This document shows, one piece after another, positions 24,981 through 40,853 of a DNA stretch of 64,000 nt. Position 1 is the first letter of the stretch, and each line of letters starts with the position of its first letter. The DNA lies in contig NC_042997.1 of the NCBI RefSeq assembly GCF_006345805.1, positions 120,962,001 to 121,026,000 of the forward strand, written 5' to 3'. The notes under the pieces were generated by a model. That model saw only the letters and a program-made list of their open reading frames with translations, was not told the origin of the DNA and did not search any database. The stretch is from Octopus sinensis (taxonomy: Eukaryota). Made by a program: the position numbers and the translations under genes.

Positions 24981-26361
24981 TTAGTTCAAGTCAGCTATAG
25001 TATGAACATTTAAATGAGATCGAGGTCGTGTACAAATTCTGACTAATTGTGTTCACAGCGTACCATTCCCGAAATTAGTTTGTTTTCATTATATTTAATG
25101 TGGGCGGATTTTATTTCGACCACCAGAAGTTCCTCGATGTTTGCTATTGATATATTAGTAGTTCATTTATCATTTGAAAGTTAGGTGATATAATTTATAT
25201 GGATCTTCTTTATACGTGCACGTAGAGTGAAATAGAGTTTTAAGAAAACTAGACGTATAAGGAAGTGACATATTTGCTGGTGTACCTCACAAATTTATTG
25301 TGATATATTTTCCTGCCTCTAGGAAATACAAATTCCCACTAGTATAGATATCTGTGTATTAGCTACTCGTACATGCGCAAATACTCGCGTTTCTGAGGGA
25401 ACAATGCATAAAGCTTAAGTGCAAAAAGATTAACTTCATGTCACTACTGTGTGGTGTTCGAACGGACCTCTGATATTCTATTATAAAAGGATTGGACACT
25501 TTTTGTTGATATCAATGACGGTCACCCAGTGTATGATTTGTGGTTGCCTTGTATGCAATGTGTATGTGTTTTTCTCACTTCTGTGTGTAACGGTATCAGC
25601 GGCGGCACTATATTTTGAGCTACACTTACGAAAATTATGTGTTGACCAGCGCAGATCAATTTGACTCAGAATGTTGTCATTTATGTGTAGATATTATACA
25701 GATGATCTTTTTCATGATGGTCCCCTTGCTTCATTTTGTTTAGCGGCTTCTTGTGAGTATTTCTTTTGCTTTTATTGGTTAAGTGGAGAGTAAGTGCTAA
25801 AGTGAATGTTACTCTAACCAAATCGGATGCTGTCAGGAGGATTTTTGTCTGTTTTATATCTTTAAATTGCCTTGGACTACATATGGTTACATCTCCTATA
25901 ATATGGTATGGTCCCATCTCAGCTTGGGTTGAACGATGTCCAGGCATCCTGTTAGCTGATACAATTTGATATACAATTTAGCGATGTTATGGGTTTTGTT
26001 TTTTCTTTGCTGTTGCATTTTTTTGGTCGCAGGAGTTTTATCATCAATCTTTTCAACTTTTTATCTCGCTAGTGCTTTTTGTCTTTCTAATCTTACTTTT
26101 TCCAGGAATTTTTTTTCATTCTTTTCTGCGATAGTGACTGGTAACTTCACATTAGCCAGTTCTAGATTTTCCTCCAATGCTTTACAAGGCGGCATTAGTG
26201 TTGGACAGGATCAATTGATAATCTGGCATAATGCCGAAGCCTAACATTGCGTTCTCCTTTAGGCTATTTAACAAACCTGAGGAATTTCTAGATTGCTGGC
26301 TTTCTTGTATATGTTTTTCTCATTTCTGTGCTATCTCAAGCTCTCTCATATGCTCTTGCAC

Positions 26362-27542
26362 ACACCGGGTTGTAAAATGGTTTTTCGTATATCCTGGTTC
26401 AAAAACTTCCATACAAAAAGGGTTCATTCATCAAAATATGTCCCATCATATTCTATTGTCTTTTACAATCATTGCGTGACAAGTTCGGACACACGCTTAT
26501 TCGAGTTGGCTAGTTTAGAGGCAAAATAATCCTTGCACTCCTTTTCAACGTCAGAGCAGAAAATGTGCCCTGGTTCGGAAAATGTAGTATTCTGATGGGG
26601 CAAGGTCTGGACTGCAGTCAGAGTGAGACATCACCTCCAGGCCATTAATTTCCACAAGTTTCGCTAGGTCTTATTGGTATTGTTTGCTGAGTAATTATCA
26701 TGCCTTAGGAGCACGCGTATTCAATTGACTAGTGCTGGCTAGTTGGCTTCTGAAGCATCAAATACTCGCTGCAGTTGTTGAGTATGTAAGGGTAGCGTTC
26801 AAAGCATATCCATATGGGACAACCTCAAGACACAACATCCACTCCAAATTCCACTAAGCACCCAATATTTCTTTTTGTTTAAAGCGCCACTTTTTGACAA
26901 TAGATTCTGAAGCCTTGTCGGAAAAAAACAATCTGTTTCTCTTTTTTTGGATTACGGATTTCACACCCAGTTACAATTCGTTGTCAACAAACGGGCATTA
27001 AGAGGATTCGTCAGCAGTTGTTTGCAAATGGTCACACGTGGGTGAGCCTGGCCATTGGTCAGATAATGAGAAACTTCTCGATTGCATTTATTCACACTGG
27101 TCAATGTATGAATGTGTCGATTTCTTATGCTTTTGGAAGGGGCATGTCTGGACGTGTTCTTGTGCTTGGTTATTATGTCACCCTTTCAAGCAATGCCCCA
27201 TCTTCCACAACAGAATGTCCCTTTGATCATGATTTGTGTTGGAGGCTATGAACCCTTCCCTTAAACGTATGAACCAGTCTTTCTTCACACTGTATTTGAC
27301 AATTCCTGGGCCTTCCACAACATTAATTTCTTTTGCAGCTGCTATTGCCTTGTTTTTCTTTATACATAGTTAGCGTAAAACAGCTCTAATTGCATTTCTC
27401 CCCCACTCATACTCACATCTGTGAAATAAAGAATAAACCATTTCGTTCGCAACAATTGCCAAGGTGCAGTATACAACATGGAAATACAAGTTGCTAAAAC
27501 CATACGTGAAAATCCGAAAAACTCTTCTGGCCCTACCTGATA
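26362..27542 (-). mobile_element. Degenerate near full-length mariner transposon
   Basis: Minus-strand remnants: RIVTGCE (TGDE), RHDN, CSPDLAPSEYYIFR, terminal YFDE*. Decayed TIR-like ends near 26365 and 27515-27540. Confidence 0.8.
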
Positions 27543-27782
27543 TTCACAAGCGCATTAGAACGAATAAACTTGTTCCTTTTTTCCATTTTATTTGCACCAC
27601 AGATCTGTAATCAAAGCTCTGTAATGTTTTTGCAATCTTATTTTTTAGTGGAGCTTTTCTCAGTCAATGTCCTCAATCCCAAAAAATTTACAATAAAACG
27701 TTGAATATAATGAAACGCAATAAAAGAATGACATAAAATGAATAAGGTAACATACTGAAATGCTGGCAGCGTGTACGTGTGT

Positions 27783-27859
<77 letters not shown>

Positions 27860-28210
27860 TGTGTGTGCGTGGAATAAAATATTGGAGCTACATCGATGAT
27901 GTTTCATTTTTGCCATTTAAGTCACGTAGATGTACTGATATAAAATCTTTGCTATAATTTGTGATTATTTCGTAAGGACTATGTTTATTTCGCTAATAAA
28001 AAGAACATACACTAACATTAAAAAGAGAAATCTTTGTCTCAATTGCCATAAAACTCCAACGCTCCCCAGACGTCGAAATTCTGATTGCTTCCATAGAAAA
28101 CTGTTGTTACACGCACGTATGGTTTGACGCACTCTTTCCATTCATTCTACTAATCATGAAACACATCTTTTCCTTAGTTCTTCTACGAATACTGTACTTG
28201 TTATTATACT

Positions 28211-28440
28211 TATTTCTTTACTACCGACAAGGGGCTACACACAGAGGGGACAAACAAAGACAGACAAACGGATTAAGTCGATTATATCGACCCCAGTTCG
28301 TAACTGGTACTTAATTTATCGACCCCGAAAGGATGAAAGGCAAGGTCGACCTCGCCGGAATTTGAACTCAGAATGTAGCGACAGGCGAAACACCGCTAAG
28401 AATTTCGCCCGGCGTGGTAACATTTCTGCCAGCTCACCGC
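28211..28440 (-). mobile_element. tRNA-derived SINE family 2 (tail gccccttgtcggtagtaaagaaata)
   Basis: Head gcggtgagctggcagaaatg…gagttcaaattcc (B-box-like); homologous to 46381-46600. Confidence 0.85.
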
Positions 28441-28844
28441 TTTGTTCTTATACCTCGACACCCAACGTTCAACGTAACGAAGGATTATGCGTAGTGCTTA
28501 ACAAGTTGGCCAAAAGGTAGAAGGAATATGAGAGAATGAAATGAAACGAAAGAAGTGAGACGGAAGTACCCTGACTATTAGTGGAAAGTGACTAGACAGT
28601 AGCGAGGAGAAGATCTTACTGTAGTTACGACTAGCTAGTGTTGGTAATTAAGTTTTTGCTGATCAAATAATTGGCCTTCATTTTGTGATATCTAAAATGT
28701 TTCAGAGTTCACCAATCTAGAAGCAGCTGCCTCTTGAATCATGTAGAAAGTTATTAGTAGTAAGAGGTTGTTAACAAATTTCGGGATATGGACTCAGAAG
28801 TCAGTGATTACTAAGCTGGATTTGATATCATTTATCTTTCATTT

Positions 28845-29232
28845 TTTACTTGTTTCAGACTTTAGACTGTAGCCATGATGGGGCATCCCCTTGGAGAATT
28901 TTTAGTTGGATGAATCGACCTCAGCTCCTTTTTTAAGCCTGATAATTTTTATCAGTTATTTTGACGAACCACTAGATTACGGGGATATGACACCCCCAAC
29001 ACTGGTTGTTACACCGTGAGGTTGCCAATCACAGGCAAAAAACACGCCCGCACGCACGCGCACACGTATATACCGTGGACTTCTTTCAATTTCCATAAAG
29101 CGAATCTTCTCACAAGGCTTTGGTCGGCCCGCAGCTATAGTAGAAGATACTGACCCAAGGTTCCAGGAAGTTGGAATGAACTCGAAACCATGTGGTTGAG
29201 AAACAAACCTATTACTATAACGACCACGCTTA
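28845..29232 (-). mobile_element. Degenerate SINE family 1
   Basis: tttttacttgtttcag…cacaaggctttggtcggccc…ctatagtagaagatac…aaccatgtggttg. Confidence 0.7.
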
Positions 29233-30615
29233 CACGTCTTACCAGACAACCACGCAAAGATGTTTTAGTTTCGCCAGCAAAGATCATCAGTGATGGTGAG
29301 TTCTGACACACACTTTAAGAGTGCGTGAGAGTTTCGTTAGTGAGGTTCCCGAAAAGATGTGCCAACATATCATCTTGTATTTACTGTGCTCAGATCACTA
29401 ATTTGGTGAAAGTTATGAGACACTAACTTTCATTGTCTTTAACGCTGCTCTTTATTGAATAAATAGAAATTTGTTTGCCTTTGCCTAAGTTGCCTGTGGA
29501 TGAAAATTATATATCGAAACTGATAGAGATATTATAGTAGCATCTATGCATATGGAAAAAAATCTTCAGCAGTGAGACTGAATTCCGTTGATAAATTGGT
29601 GATCAGGAAGAGCTTTTGCACAACTCGCCAATATAGCATGATTTGATGGCAAGCCATCAATCCGAGTACCGCGAAACGGGTTGGTCTAACAGGGTTGATC
29701 TAACAGCCGTTCTATTTTTAAAAGGTTTTTTATATACATCACACGACTAAGAGGTTGCTCTAGAGTAATATCGGTCTCCTGTAGTAGTGGTAGTGGAGTT
29801 TATGCAAGAGAGAAGTATGAGAGAATGAATGAATTTGTTAGAGATTGCGTTTAAATCATTATAATGCTGGATGCGAATGCGATAAAACGATGGGTGGCAG
29901 TTTTAGGACTTCCAAACTTCTTTGCAAGAACATCAAATAAATACACCGTCATGTACTTGATTTATTAAAGTCCCCGTTTTCCAGTCAAATCGGAGACCCT
30001 TTCTCGATACCTTTTTTTCCAAATTCCATCAAATTTTCAAAATACATCATCAAAGATACAAAGAAAAAATATGCAGTACTTGAATAACAATTTTAAAAAC
30101 AAAGGTCGCAATATTTCATGGTTTATACGTTTAGCCGAAATCAAAAGGAATGTAATTTAAAAAGAAATTTTATCTTTTATTTTTACCAAAACATATAACA
30201 GCTTCCTTTCATATCATTTCTTCAAAGTCACCTGTTAATTTTTCAACATGTGTATCTCATAATGAAGAATGTTGCACACTTTCCTGCCATTATTTTTTCA
30301 TTTCGTTGGAATGTTTAACCCATAAAACTTTTCAAGTTTATATATCATACTAGCAATTTTGTTGTTTATAAATTAGGTGACATTACTTTAAAACCCTTTG
30401 CGCCAATGCTCTGTTGTTATGTTTGCTATAATTAATGAGTGTTGTCTTGTAAATTTTACTAATCTTATTTCTCTGCTTCAGTCTTTTTTTCTTTTGCCTA
30501 TCATTATGTGCCAATTCTTCTCTAATTTCATGCGCGCCTAATTCAATTCTCTTTTTCACGTCACATTCAATTATACGTATATATATATATATTTTCACGT
30601 CACATTCTATTATAC

Positions 30616-30673
<58 letters not shown>

Positions 30674-31669
30674 TGTTTTTCTTTCTTTCATGTATGTTTT
30701 CTACTTGCATCTTGATCGAATTTTTCAACTGCTACATCACTGCAATTACTAGCATCCTATGATTAAGATGTATGATTGAGATGTTGGTTGCTTTTATTGC
30801 GAATAAATTGCCGGAATTCACTGAACAAAGTAATTCTAATTTCAAGTTATTTTTATACCATGAAGCCTACATGATTTTAATTGCCTCTCCACCACAGTAA
30901 AAATGTTTTATGTCTATCATCTGAACGATGTTTTCACACTTAGTTAAATTTTATTCTGCAAACTGCTGTATTGTTTCAGTTTTAACACTCCAACATATTA
31001 ATTAGCTGCTGTTCCCTTTCAAATAAATACAGGTTTCGTATATTCTGCCTTCCGCCTTTAAAACAAAATTTACATTGTTTATGGTTTTAACGGTTTAAAA
31101 ATGTTGTCGATTAATGAAAACAGCAGTGGACGCAGTTAATAATTTTAATCACAAGCACGAGACCATCGCTTCCTAATCATACTCTATTTTAGTCGAGTGC
31201 TAACCTAAGGGTACTTATCTCTTATTGAAATATATTAGTACATCAGGGTCTCCTAACATTTGACAAATTTTTTGGAGAGAGTGAAGTGATCCATATACTC
31301 ACTGCCTTACCGTCAATTAGGAATACCTTACATTATGTTCTGATACCTATATCAAGAAAGATATGCAGTAAACCGGATTTGTATTAGGAAATTTGCGGTA
31401 AATGAAGAGACCTGAGAATAAGATATAAATTAGTTAACGGAAAATTGAGAGACACAGAAAGAAGGCAGGAAGTAATTAACTTTACGAATGTCTACCGTTA
31501 ACATATAAAGAAACAGTGATTCCCTAAATGCCAAGTGTTTTAAAAGATAAGCATAATGATGTGCATTAAAATGCGATGATGTAACAGAAAATTCAGGAAA
31601 TACGGTGAGGTGCTTTACAACTAAGCATCATGCTAATAAGTTTTTGAAAGAAAAGACAGAGTCTATGAA

Positions 31670-31995
31670 ATATAGAAACCATCAAGCAAAAGTTATCTGC
31701 TAAAGCTGCCCGCATAGCGAGGTATGAGAAGCGTGTTAGATTCTTCAAGGACAACAACACGTTCAAAACTAACCCCAAAAATGTTTACAGAAAGATAGGG
31801 AAAACACCAGGTACTGTAAAGTCTGTACCATGAAAAGAAGTGCAGGGATTTTGGAATAAAATTTTGGCAGAAGAAAAAACACACAACGAAAAGGCCTTGG
31901 GTTGAGAGAATATCTGCAGACTTGGACTCCTTAGAGGAGCAAAACTGGGAGGGTGTCAAGGTAGAAGATATAAGATCTGCTGTCAGAAATCACTG
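31670..31995 (+). mobile_element. Internal fragment of another R4/Dong family (pre-RT region)
   Basis: IETIKQKLSAKAARIARYEKRVRFFKDNNTFKTNPKNVYRKIG…FWNKIL aligns with KQDILAKAQRIRRYKKRQRFFEENKKFNSNPKKFYQELG of family 1. Confidence 0.75.
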
Positions 31996-32859
31996 AGATC
32001 ACTCAGAAATCACTTAAGAGATATTCACAAATCAGTGAATGTCATCTCAAAAATTGAATGAAGTAAGTGCAGAAATGTCAAAGCAAAAAGATGTATAAGT
32101 CAGTGAGATTCTTTGTAATAATTTTATCATAGTTTTCCATGTATCAAGTAATGCCACATTAAATGGATAGAATCAGTTTTAAATTACTGTTAAAGAATAA
32201 GGGAAACCTCAAAATTGGAAGAGTAAATTTACAGTTAGCTTCGTTATCGATCCAAACTAATATTATACTGTATAGCTTAATTGCACGAATAAAACCAATG
32301 ATAATTGTTACAGAAACACAGACAGCCTGGTTCCAATAAAGAAAGAAACACTATTGAGCAGATATATGAGGTTAACATTGGCGCGAAATATATGTTTTCC
32401 GTCAGGCTTTTATCACAGTTTTATTGATTTAAATTGATTTCGACCGCATGTGACCACAGGCAGTATTGTTTATTAGGAGAAAATATTACACAAGCCTACC
32501 AACTGTAACAGTTATAAAGTCATTATATGAACATGCAAGAAAACTACGTTTCGTTGGAATCTCATCAAATATGACTAATAAAAATCGGTGTTTGTTTCAT
32601 ACCAAAGGTGATCACTATGTCTCTAAAATATAGAATGCCGGACAACCTTTATTTCTTTTGAAGGAAAAGATAAAGCAGAAAATAGAAAATTCAGACACCA
32701 TTCACCATGATACTGAGTGAATATGACAGCATGGAAGAAATTACCTGCACTATGCGTTCTGCTTGCTTATTTGCCAGGGTCATTGATGCTCAGAAACCAC
32801 TGCTCCATAACAAGGGCCGGACCTTGTACTGGAGTCATATAACATGTGAAGTATTATCT

Positions 32860-33150
32860 TTCACGCAAAAGGTTTTCAGTCCTTAGACTGGGGCCATGCT
32901 AGGGCACCGCCTGGAACAATTTTAATCAAATAAGTCGATAGCAGTACTTACGTTTACGTTTGGTATTTTATCGGTGGCCTTTACCGAACTGCTAATTTAA
33001 AGCCAACACCACTTCCTAGGGGAATCAATCGCAAGCACAGACACACACACACGCACACATACTCATCTTATTCACAAGTCATTGGTATTGCCCAAAGTGC
33101 CACACAGTAGGAGTAAATCCAAATCTGTGTGGTTAGGAAGCAAACTTCAT
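32860..33150 (-). mobile_element. Degenerate SINE family 1
   Basis: gactggggccatgctagggcaccgcc…aacaccac…cccaaagtgccacacagt…gtgtggttaggaagcaaac. Confidence 0.6.
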
Positions 33151-33270
33151 GTCACAAACTCGAATTATAATATACACTCGACTGCGAAATCTTTAGAATA
33201 CGATAGACATTATATCACCAACAATTAACCGCTAACTTCAGTAAAATGAAGTATATCGTTGTTATTCCAG

Positions 33271-33320
<50 letters not shown>

Positions 33321-33332
33321 TTGCTGCTGCTG

Positions 33333-33400
<68 letters not shown>

Positions 33401-33401
<1 letters not shown>

Positions 33402-33837
33402 CTCAATATCACAGATTTGCTTGTCAGTTGTTTGACCTAACCAGTTGAGCGTGTCCCTTAGTGGCTGACGATATGTGCATCTCTCATCACGAGTAGAAGT
33501 AGTGTGGGAGCATCATAGCCATGTGTTGAGAGGGATTCTTTGGGGTTTGAATGATTCACCTCTGGAGACATGGGTGTTTCATTCAACATCCTTAAATAAC
33601 CCTTAATCAGGGACCTTTCGAGTGGGATGGGTTACCCAACCAGAAGAAAATTCTAACTGGGCCACACCCGCAAGGTCATGTGCTGTTTATCTTGTTATGA
33701 GATCACCATGTTGCGCACATATGGTTGTGATCATGTGCCTGGTGTACACTTATCAGACGGGTAGTCATGATAGGTATACTGGGCTTCGTATATTTGTACC
33801 CCAGTGTCACTTTGATGGCATGCACTGCTCTCTCACT

Positions 33838-33838
<1 letters not shown>
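33401..33838 (+). mobile_element. Non-coding (TAA)n-associated element, 5'-truncated copy
   Basis: Begins inside the consensus directly after (AAT)n and ends …ctgctctctcactc(aat)n. Confidence 0.85.
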
Positions 33839-33892
<54 letters not shown>

Positions 33893-33894
33893 TA

Positions 33895-34110
33895 AAAAAA
33901 GATATTCAGACAAATACATAACAAAAACACCAGGACTTACAAACACATATAACATACAGAAAATTGCACTACTAGGCACTGCACATATCCTACGCAGAAC
34001 ACTTTCCATACAATAACCATCAGAGCATCACAACAAATCACAGCATATACCCAAGGCACACAGAGCTGCGTTCGGTAGTGAAGTGAAAGCACGCTATAAA
34101 AATAAAACTA

Positions 34111-34113
<3 letters not shown>
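33895..34113 (+). mobile_element. 3' end of R4/Dong family 1
   Basis: IQKIALLGTAHILRRTLSIQ* plus 3'UTR matching 1790-1990 in reverse; ends in (AAT)n. Confidence 0.88.
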
Positions 34114-34161
<48 letters not shown>

Positions 34162-34542
34162 TGTAACAACAATTCAATCATAAAATTCAATAGGATAGTC
34201 AAACTATTAGCGTCAGTATTTTAATCCGAAAGCATGAAAGGCAATGTTAATTGTACTATTCCCAAAATTATCGATTAAGAGAACTAAATCAAATCACATA
34301 CACAATTAACGTTAACATCCCAACAGCTATTTATCAAACGAGCAATTTATTCCTGAACATTTTTTTAAATAATAAACTAACATCCCGAATAGAATCGAAC
34401 AAATAGGAATTGCGACGCACAATGGAAGGTATGAGACACAGTTGTAATGTGATATACTGTGTCAGTTACTGAAAGCACTACTTCTACTTGTTTCTCTAGG
34501 AGCGGGTCTATTGCTGCTTAACATGTATTTTAATGCATATTA

Positions 34543-35103
34543 TTGGGTTGCCCGGAAAGTTCATGCCGATTTATAGTAGCTTACATTTCGACTTATTTTA
34601 GAACAGGGTTCAGTCCATGAAATAAGATTTGACTACACCTTCATTTAGAGCACAGTTTAAGCTATATTTTCGTGGAAGAAGGTTTATGTCCCTATAACCT
34701 GTGTTAATTTTGTAACCCTTTAAAGTAGGAGATAAGAAAGTTCATTTTCGGCACTTGATGCTTTGGGAACGAGATAAAAATTGCTGCAGCTCGGCTGGGA
34801 TGTGTTACCCCTCCATATTCACCAGACATTGCTCGTTCGGATTTCCACTTATTCAGGTCTCTGCAGAATAGTCTTAATGGTAAAAAATTCAATTCCTTGG
34901 ATGACGTAAAAGTTACCTTGATGAATTATTTGCCATGAAACTACCCCAATTCTGGGAACAGGGTATTTTCAAGTTAAAGGGAAGATGGAGACGCATTGCG
35001 CAACAAAATGGTTCATATTTGGTTGATTAAAAATGTAATGGCAAGTATTTATTGTCCTTTTTCTTTCCTTTAAAAATCAGCAGGAACTTTCCGGACAACC
35101 TAA
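34543..35103 (+). mobile_element. Internally deleted mariner (561 bp) with TIRs and TA target duplication
   Basis: Left ttgggttgcccggaaagttcatgccgattt and right aaatcagcaggaactttccggacaacctaa, both flanked by TA. Remnant PYSPDIARSDFHLFRSLQN. Confidence 0.9.
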
Positions 35104-35721
35104 TATTTTGAATAATTTATTCGCTGACGTTAAGGATAGAAAATTGCGCTGATGAGAATTTTGTCTCTGCAAAGAATTAAGCTGGTTTAGATGTGCCTTA
35201 TGAAATCCATGCAACGATGATGTGTGTGATTCAACAATTATGAGAACGAAATGTATATAACTCAGTTTTATGTTAGTTAAGTGTTGTGTTATAGTATAAA
35301 AGGCGACTATATTTACGCTTTGTATAGATAACATATTTCCGGAAAAGAATTGTGTTAACTGAATAAGCGCAAGCAGCAACCGTTAGCTACATTACGCTCT
35401 TGATATGAGAGAAACCTCATTATTTACCATTAATGGTACTATCACTGCTTCACCTGCATCTAAATGATAAATTACTCAATACTCAACAATATTACATATG
35501 CATAAGAAGCACAGTTTCATTGAAATCGAAGTTAGAGCGAGATTAATTTTTAAAACAAATGAATAGGTCTCACCCAATAGGAAATCCTTTATAAAAAAAG
35601 ATCTGCACGTTCGTTAAAGTATTGAGATAATCAGAAGTATTTTTTCAAAATTTACGTATACACACTAATAATAAAGATGAAGATAATAATAATAATGATA
35701 ATAAAATTAATAATAATAATA

Positions 35722-36125
35722 ATAGTTGTCAGAGACCATGAAGAAAAAAAATGCTTTCTAATTGATGTATCAATACCGGCTGATGACAACGTGTCTCTAA
35801 AAGAAATGGAGAAACTCTCAAAATACAAAGACCTGGAAATAGAGGTAACTAGAATGTGGAATCTGAAAACAGAAACAATTCCTATCATAGTAGGTGTATT
35901 AGGCATGATAAAAAAATATTCAGACAAATACATAACAAAAACACCAGGACTTACAAAGACATATAACATACAGAAAATTGCACTACTAGGCACTGCACAC
36001 ATCCTACGCAGAACACTTTCCATACAATAACCATCAGAGCATCACAACAAATCACAGCACATACCCGAGGCACACAGAGCTGCGCTCGGTAGTGAAGTGA
36101 AAGCACGCTATAAAAATAAAACTAC
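35722..36125 (+). mobile_element. 3' fragment of R4/Dong family 1 (REL domain + 3'UTR)
   Basis: VVRDHEEKKCFLIDVSIP…KLSKYKDL…ILRRTLSIQ*. Confidence 0.9.
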
Positions 36126-38205
<2,080 letters not shown>

Positions 38206-38225
38206 AGTAATAATAATAATAATAA

Positions 38226-38606
38226 TAGAAATCAGCAAAATGTGGAACCTGAAGACTAAAACAATACCTGTTATCATAGGTGCCTTGGGAATGATAGCAA
38301 AAGGGGCTGATTGCTACCTAATTCAGATACCAGGAAACCCCAAAATCACAGAAATTCAAAAGCTAGTGCTCACGGGAACTGCTCATATCGTACGCAAATT
38401 AATTTCTATGTAATCTCAAGTTTTAAGACAAACATAATTTACGTATGGTTTTTTAGGCATTCACTAGTACAACACTTAGTACAAAAACAAATATATAGCA
38501 CCTTAGGCATAACACCAACATGAACTTCCAACTTGTTGTTTCTTGAGGTCTCTGGGTGAGACTTGGAGCCAACTTGTGCAAATAGAAAGCAAAAATCAAA
38601 CATAGA
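38226..38606 (+). mobile_element. 3' fragment of R4/Dong family 3
   Basis: ISKMWNLKTKTIPVIIGALGMIAKG…IQKLVLTGTAHIVRKLISM*; distinct 3'UTR; ends in (AAT)n. Confidence 0.85.
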
Positions 38607-38623
38607 ATAATAATAATGATAAT

Positions 38624-39161
38624 GCCCTGATCCAGTACCAGACAGTGGTTCACATGGATTCTAATCTGAACTGATTGGAAGTGTTATCATGTACATTGTT
38701 TAGTCTTCGTATACAAGATTGGCTACAGTAAATATTCTGCTCAATACCACAGATTTGCTTGTCGGTTGTTTGACCTTCATCAGCTGACCATGTCCCTTAG
38801 TGGCTGACGATATGTACATCTCTGACCACGAGCAGAATACGTGGGGGAGCGTCATAGCCGTGTGTTGAAAGGAATTCTTAGAGGTTTGGATAATTCACCT
38901 TTGGAAACGGATGGTTCGTTCAAAATCCTTAAACGATCCTTATTCAGGGACATTTTGAACGGGATGGGCTACGCGACCAGAAGAAAATTCTAACAAGGAC
39001 ATGCGCTGTTTATCTTGTTATGAGATCACTATGTCGCACACATATGGTTGTGATGCACGTGTCTAGTATACCCTTATCAGACGGGGAGTCATGATGGGTA
39101 TACTGGGCTTCGTACATTTTGCCCCAGCGTAACTTTGATGGCATGCAGTGCTCTCTCACTC
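38624..39161 (+). mobile_element. Non-coding (TAA)n-associated element, longest copy (~540 bp)
   Basis: gccctgatccagtacc … gcagtgctctctcactc, with (AAT)-type repeats on both sides. Confidence 0.85.
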
Positions 39162-39212
39162 AATAGTAGTAGTAGTAGTTGTAATAATAATAATAATAAT
39201 AATAATAATGAT

Positions 39213-39248
<36 letters not shown>

Positions 39249-39840
39249 AAGAAGAAGAAGGAGGAGGAGGAGAAGAAGAAGAAAATGAAGAAGAAGAAGA
39301 AGAAGAAGAAGAAGAAGAAGAATTCCAGTGTATTAATTAAAATTTATTTTTATCTTATTGCACAGTTTAAAAAAAAAACAGTTCCTCGAAATATACATTT
39401 CAGCCTTTTGGCGGAAATTCAGCAAGAAGATATTTGTTTCCAGTTTAATCAGGACTGGGTGGTAACAGTGATTTTACAGCTTATATTCAATAATATATTC
39501 AGGCTACATATTCAGTGGTTTCACTTATAGTTAAATTGAATTATTACAGGCAGGGTCGTGTCTAATTTGATTTCATTTTAATAGCATAATTTCAAAACTA
39601 AATAAGTAACTAGAAATATATTGCATGTCATGTCCTTTATGTCAACTGAAAATTTCAACAAAGCATCTGAACATAAGAGATTATTAAAAATCTATAAAAA
39701 TATCGGAGGGAAATTTTTATTAAATAATTTTTCATAAAAACATATGAAAAAGAAATTTTGCTCGAAAATCCTAAACTAAAATATTTGTTAGTTTGATTGC
39801 GAGAACAAAATAACGAGTAAAGTATTCTACATATAATTGG

Positions 39841-40132
39841 AGTACTCCGTCGGTTACGACGATGAGGGTCCCAGCTGATACGATGAACTGAACAGACTGC
39901 TAGTGAAATCAACGTGCAGGTAACTGAGCAATCCACAGACACTGGTATCCCTAACGTAGTTCGCAGGGAGATTCATTGTGACACAGAGTGTGACAAGGCC
40001 GGACCTTTGAAATACAGGTACAACTCATTTTTGTCTGCTGAGTGTCTTGCGCAAGGACACAACGCGTCGCCAGGAATCGAACTCACGACCTCACGATCGT
40101 GTGTGGAATGCCCTAACCACTAAGCCACGCGC
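39841..40132 (-). mobile_element. tRNA-derived SINE family 3
   Basis: Minus strand: A-box TGGCTTAGTGG, B-box GTTCGATTC, then tgtgtccttgcgcaagacact (CORE-like) and a distinct body. Confidence 0.8.
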
Positions 40133-40777
40133 ATTCATATATAACTATATTAATGTTAAATACATTTTTTCCTTAGCTGTGTCTGTTATGTTGTCTATAT
40201 TAAATGGAAAGAGTCTTGTATGGAATATTGCATCTGAAACTCACATCTACTATACGTATTGAAACAGTAACTATAAAATCGCTATCACGGGGACATAATT
40301 AATAATCAATTGTCTTATTCGAACTTATTCATTGATTAATACTTGCAAGTTTAATATTGCCATAGAAGTATGTGTTATTTTTTAACATCTTACTTCAAAC
40401 TGCGTTTATATTGACTGGATATGTTTGTAGTTGTTTCGCCTTGCTTACCCCCACGTATTGTTTGAGAAAGATATACAGTTTCAAAATTCTAATTCAGTAG
40501 ATCTGATTAATTAATTGAGAATTAGTCTGGAAATAAATTTAAATTACTGTAGGGCAAACTTATATTGATAGCGTACGTGCTATTTTTAGGTGAAAGATAT
40601 AAATATGTATTGCTTTCAGTGCCCTTGCGTTAAGGAAATGTTCGTAAATCAAAACATTATCTAAAAAATATTGAACCATAAATTGAGTCAAACACAAAAT
40701 TAATATCCAATATTTTTCATCTGATGTTAAAGCAGACATGTAAATCTTCATTAATTCCGATTGTTTACAAGTGAATA

Positions 40778-40853
<76 letters not shown>

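Noticed and set aside
29262-29295. Minus-strand CTGATGA…GAAAC
   Set aside because: The intervening sequence cannot form stem II, and the flanks do not pair.
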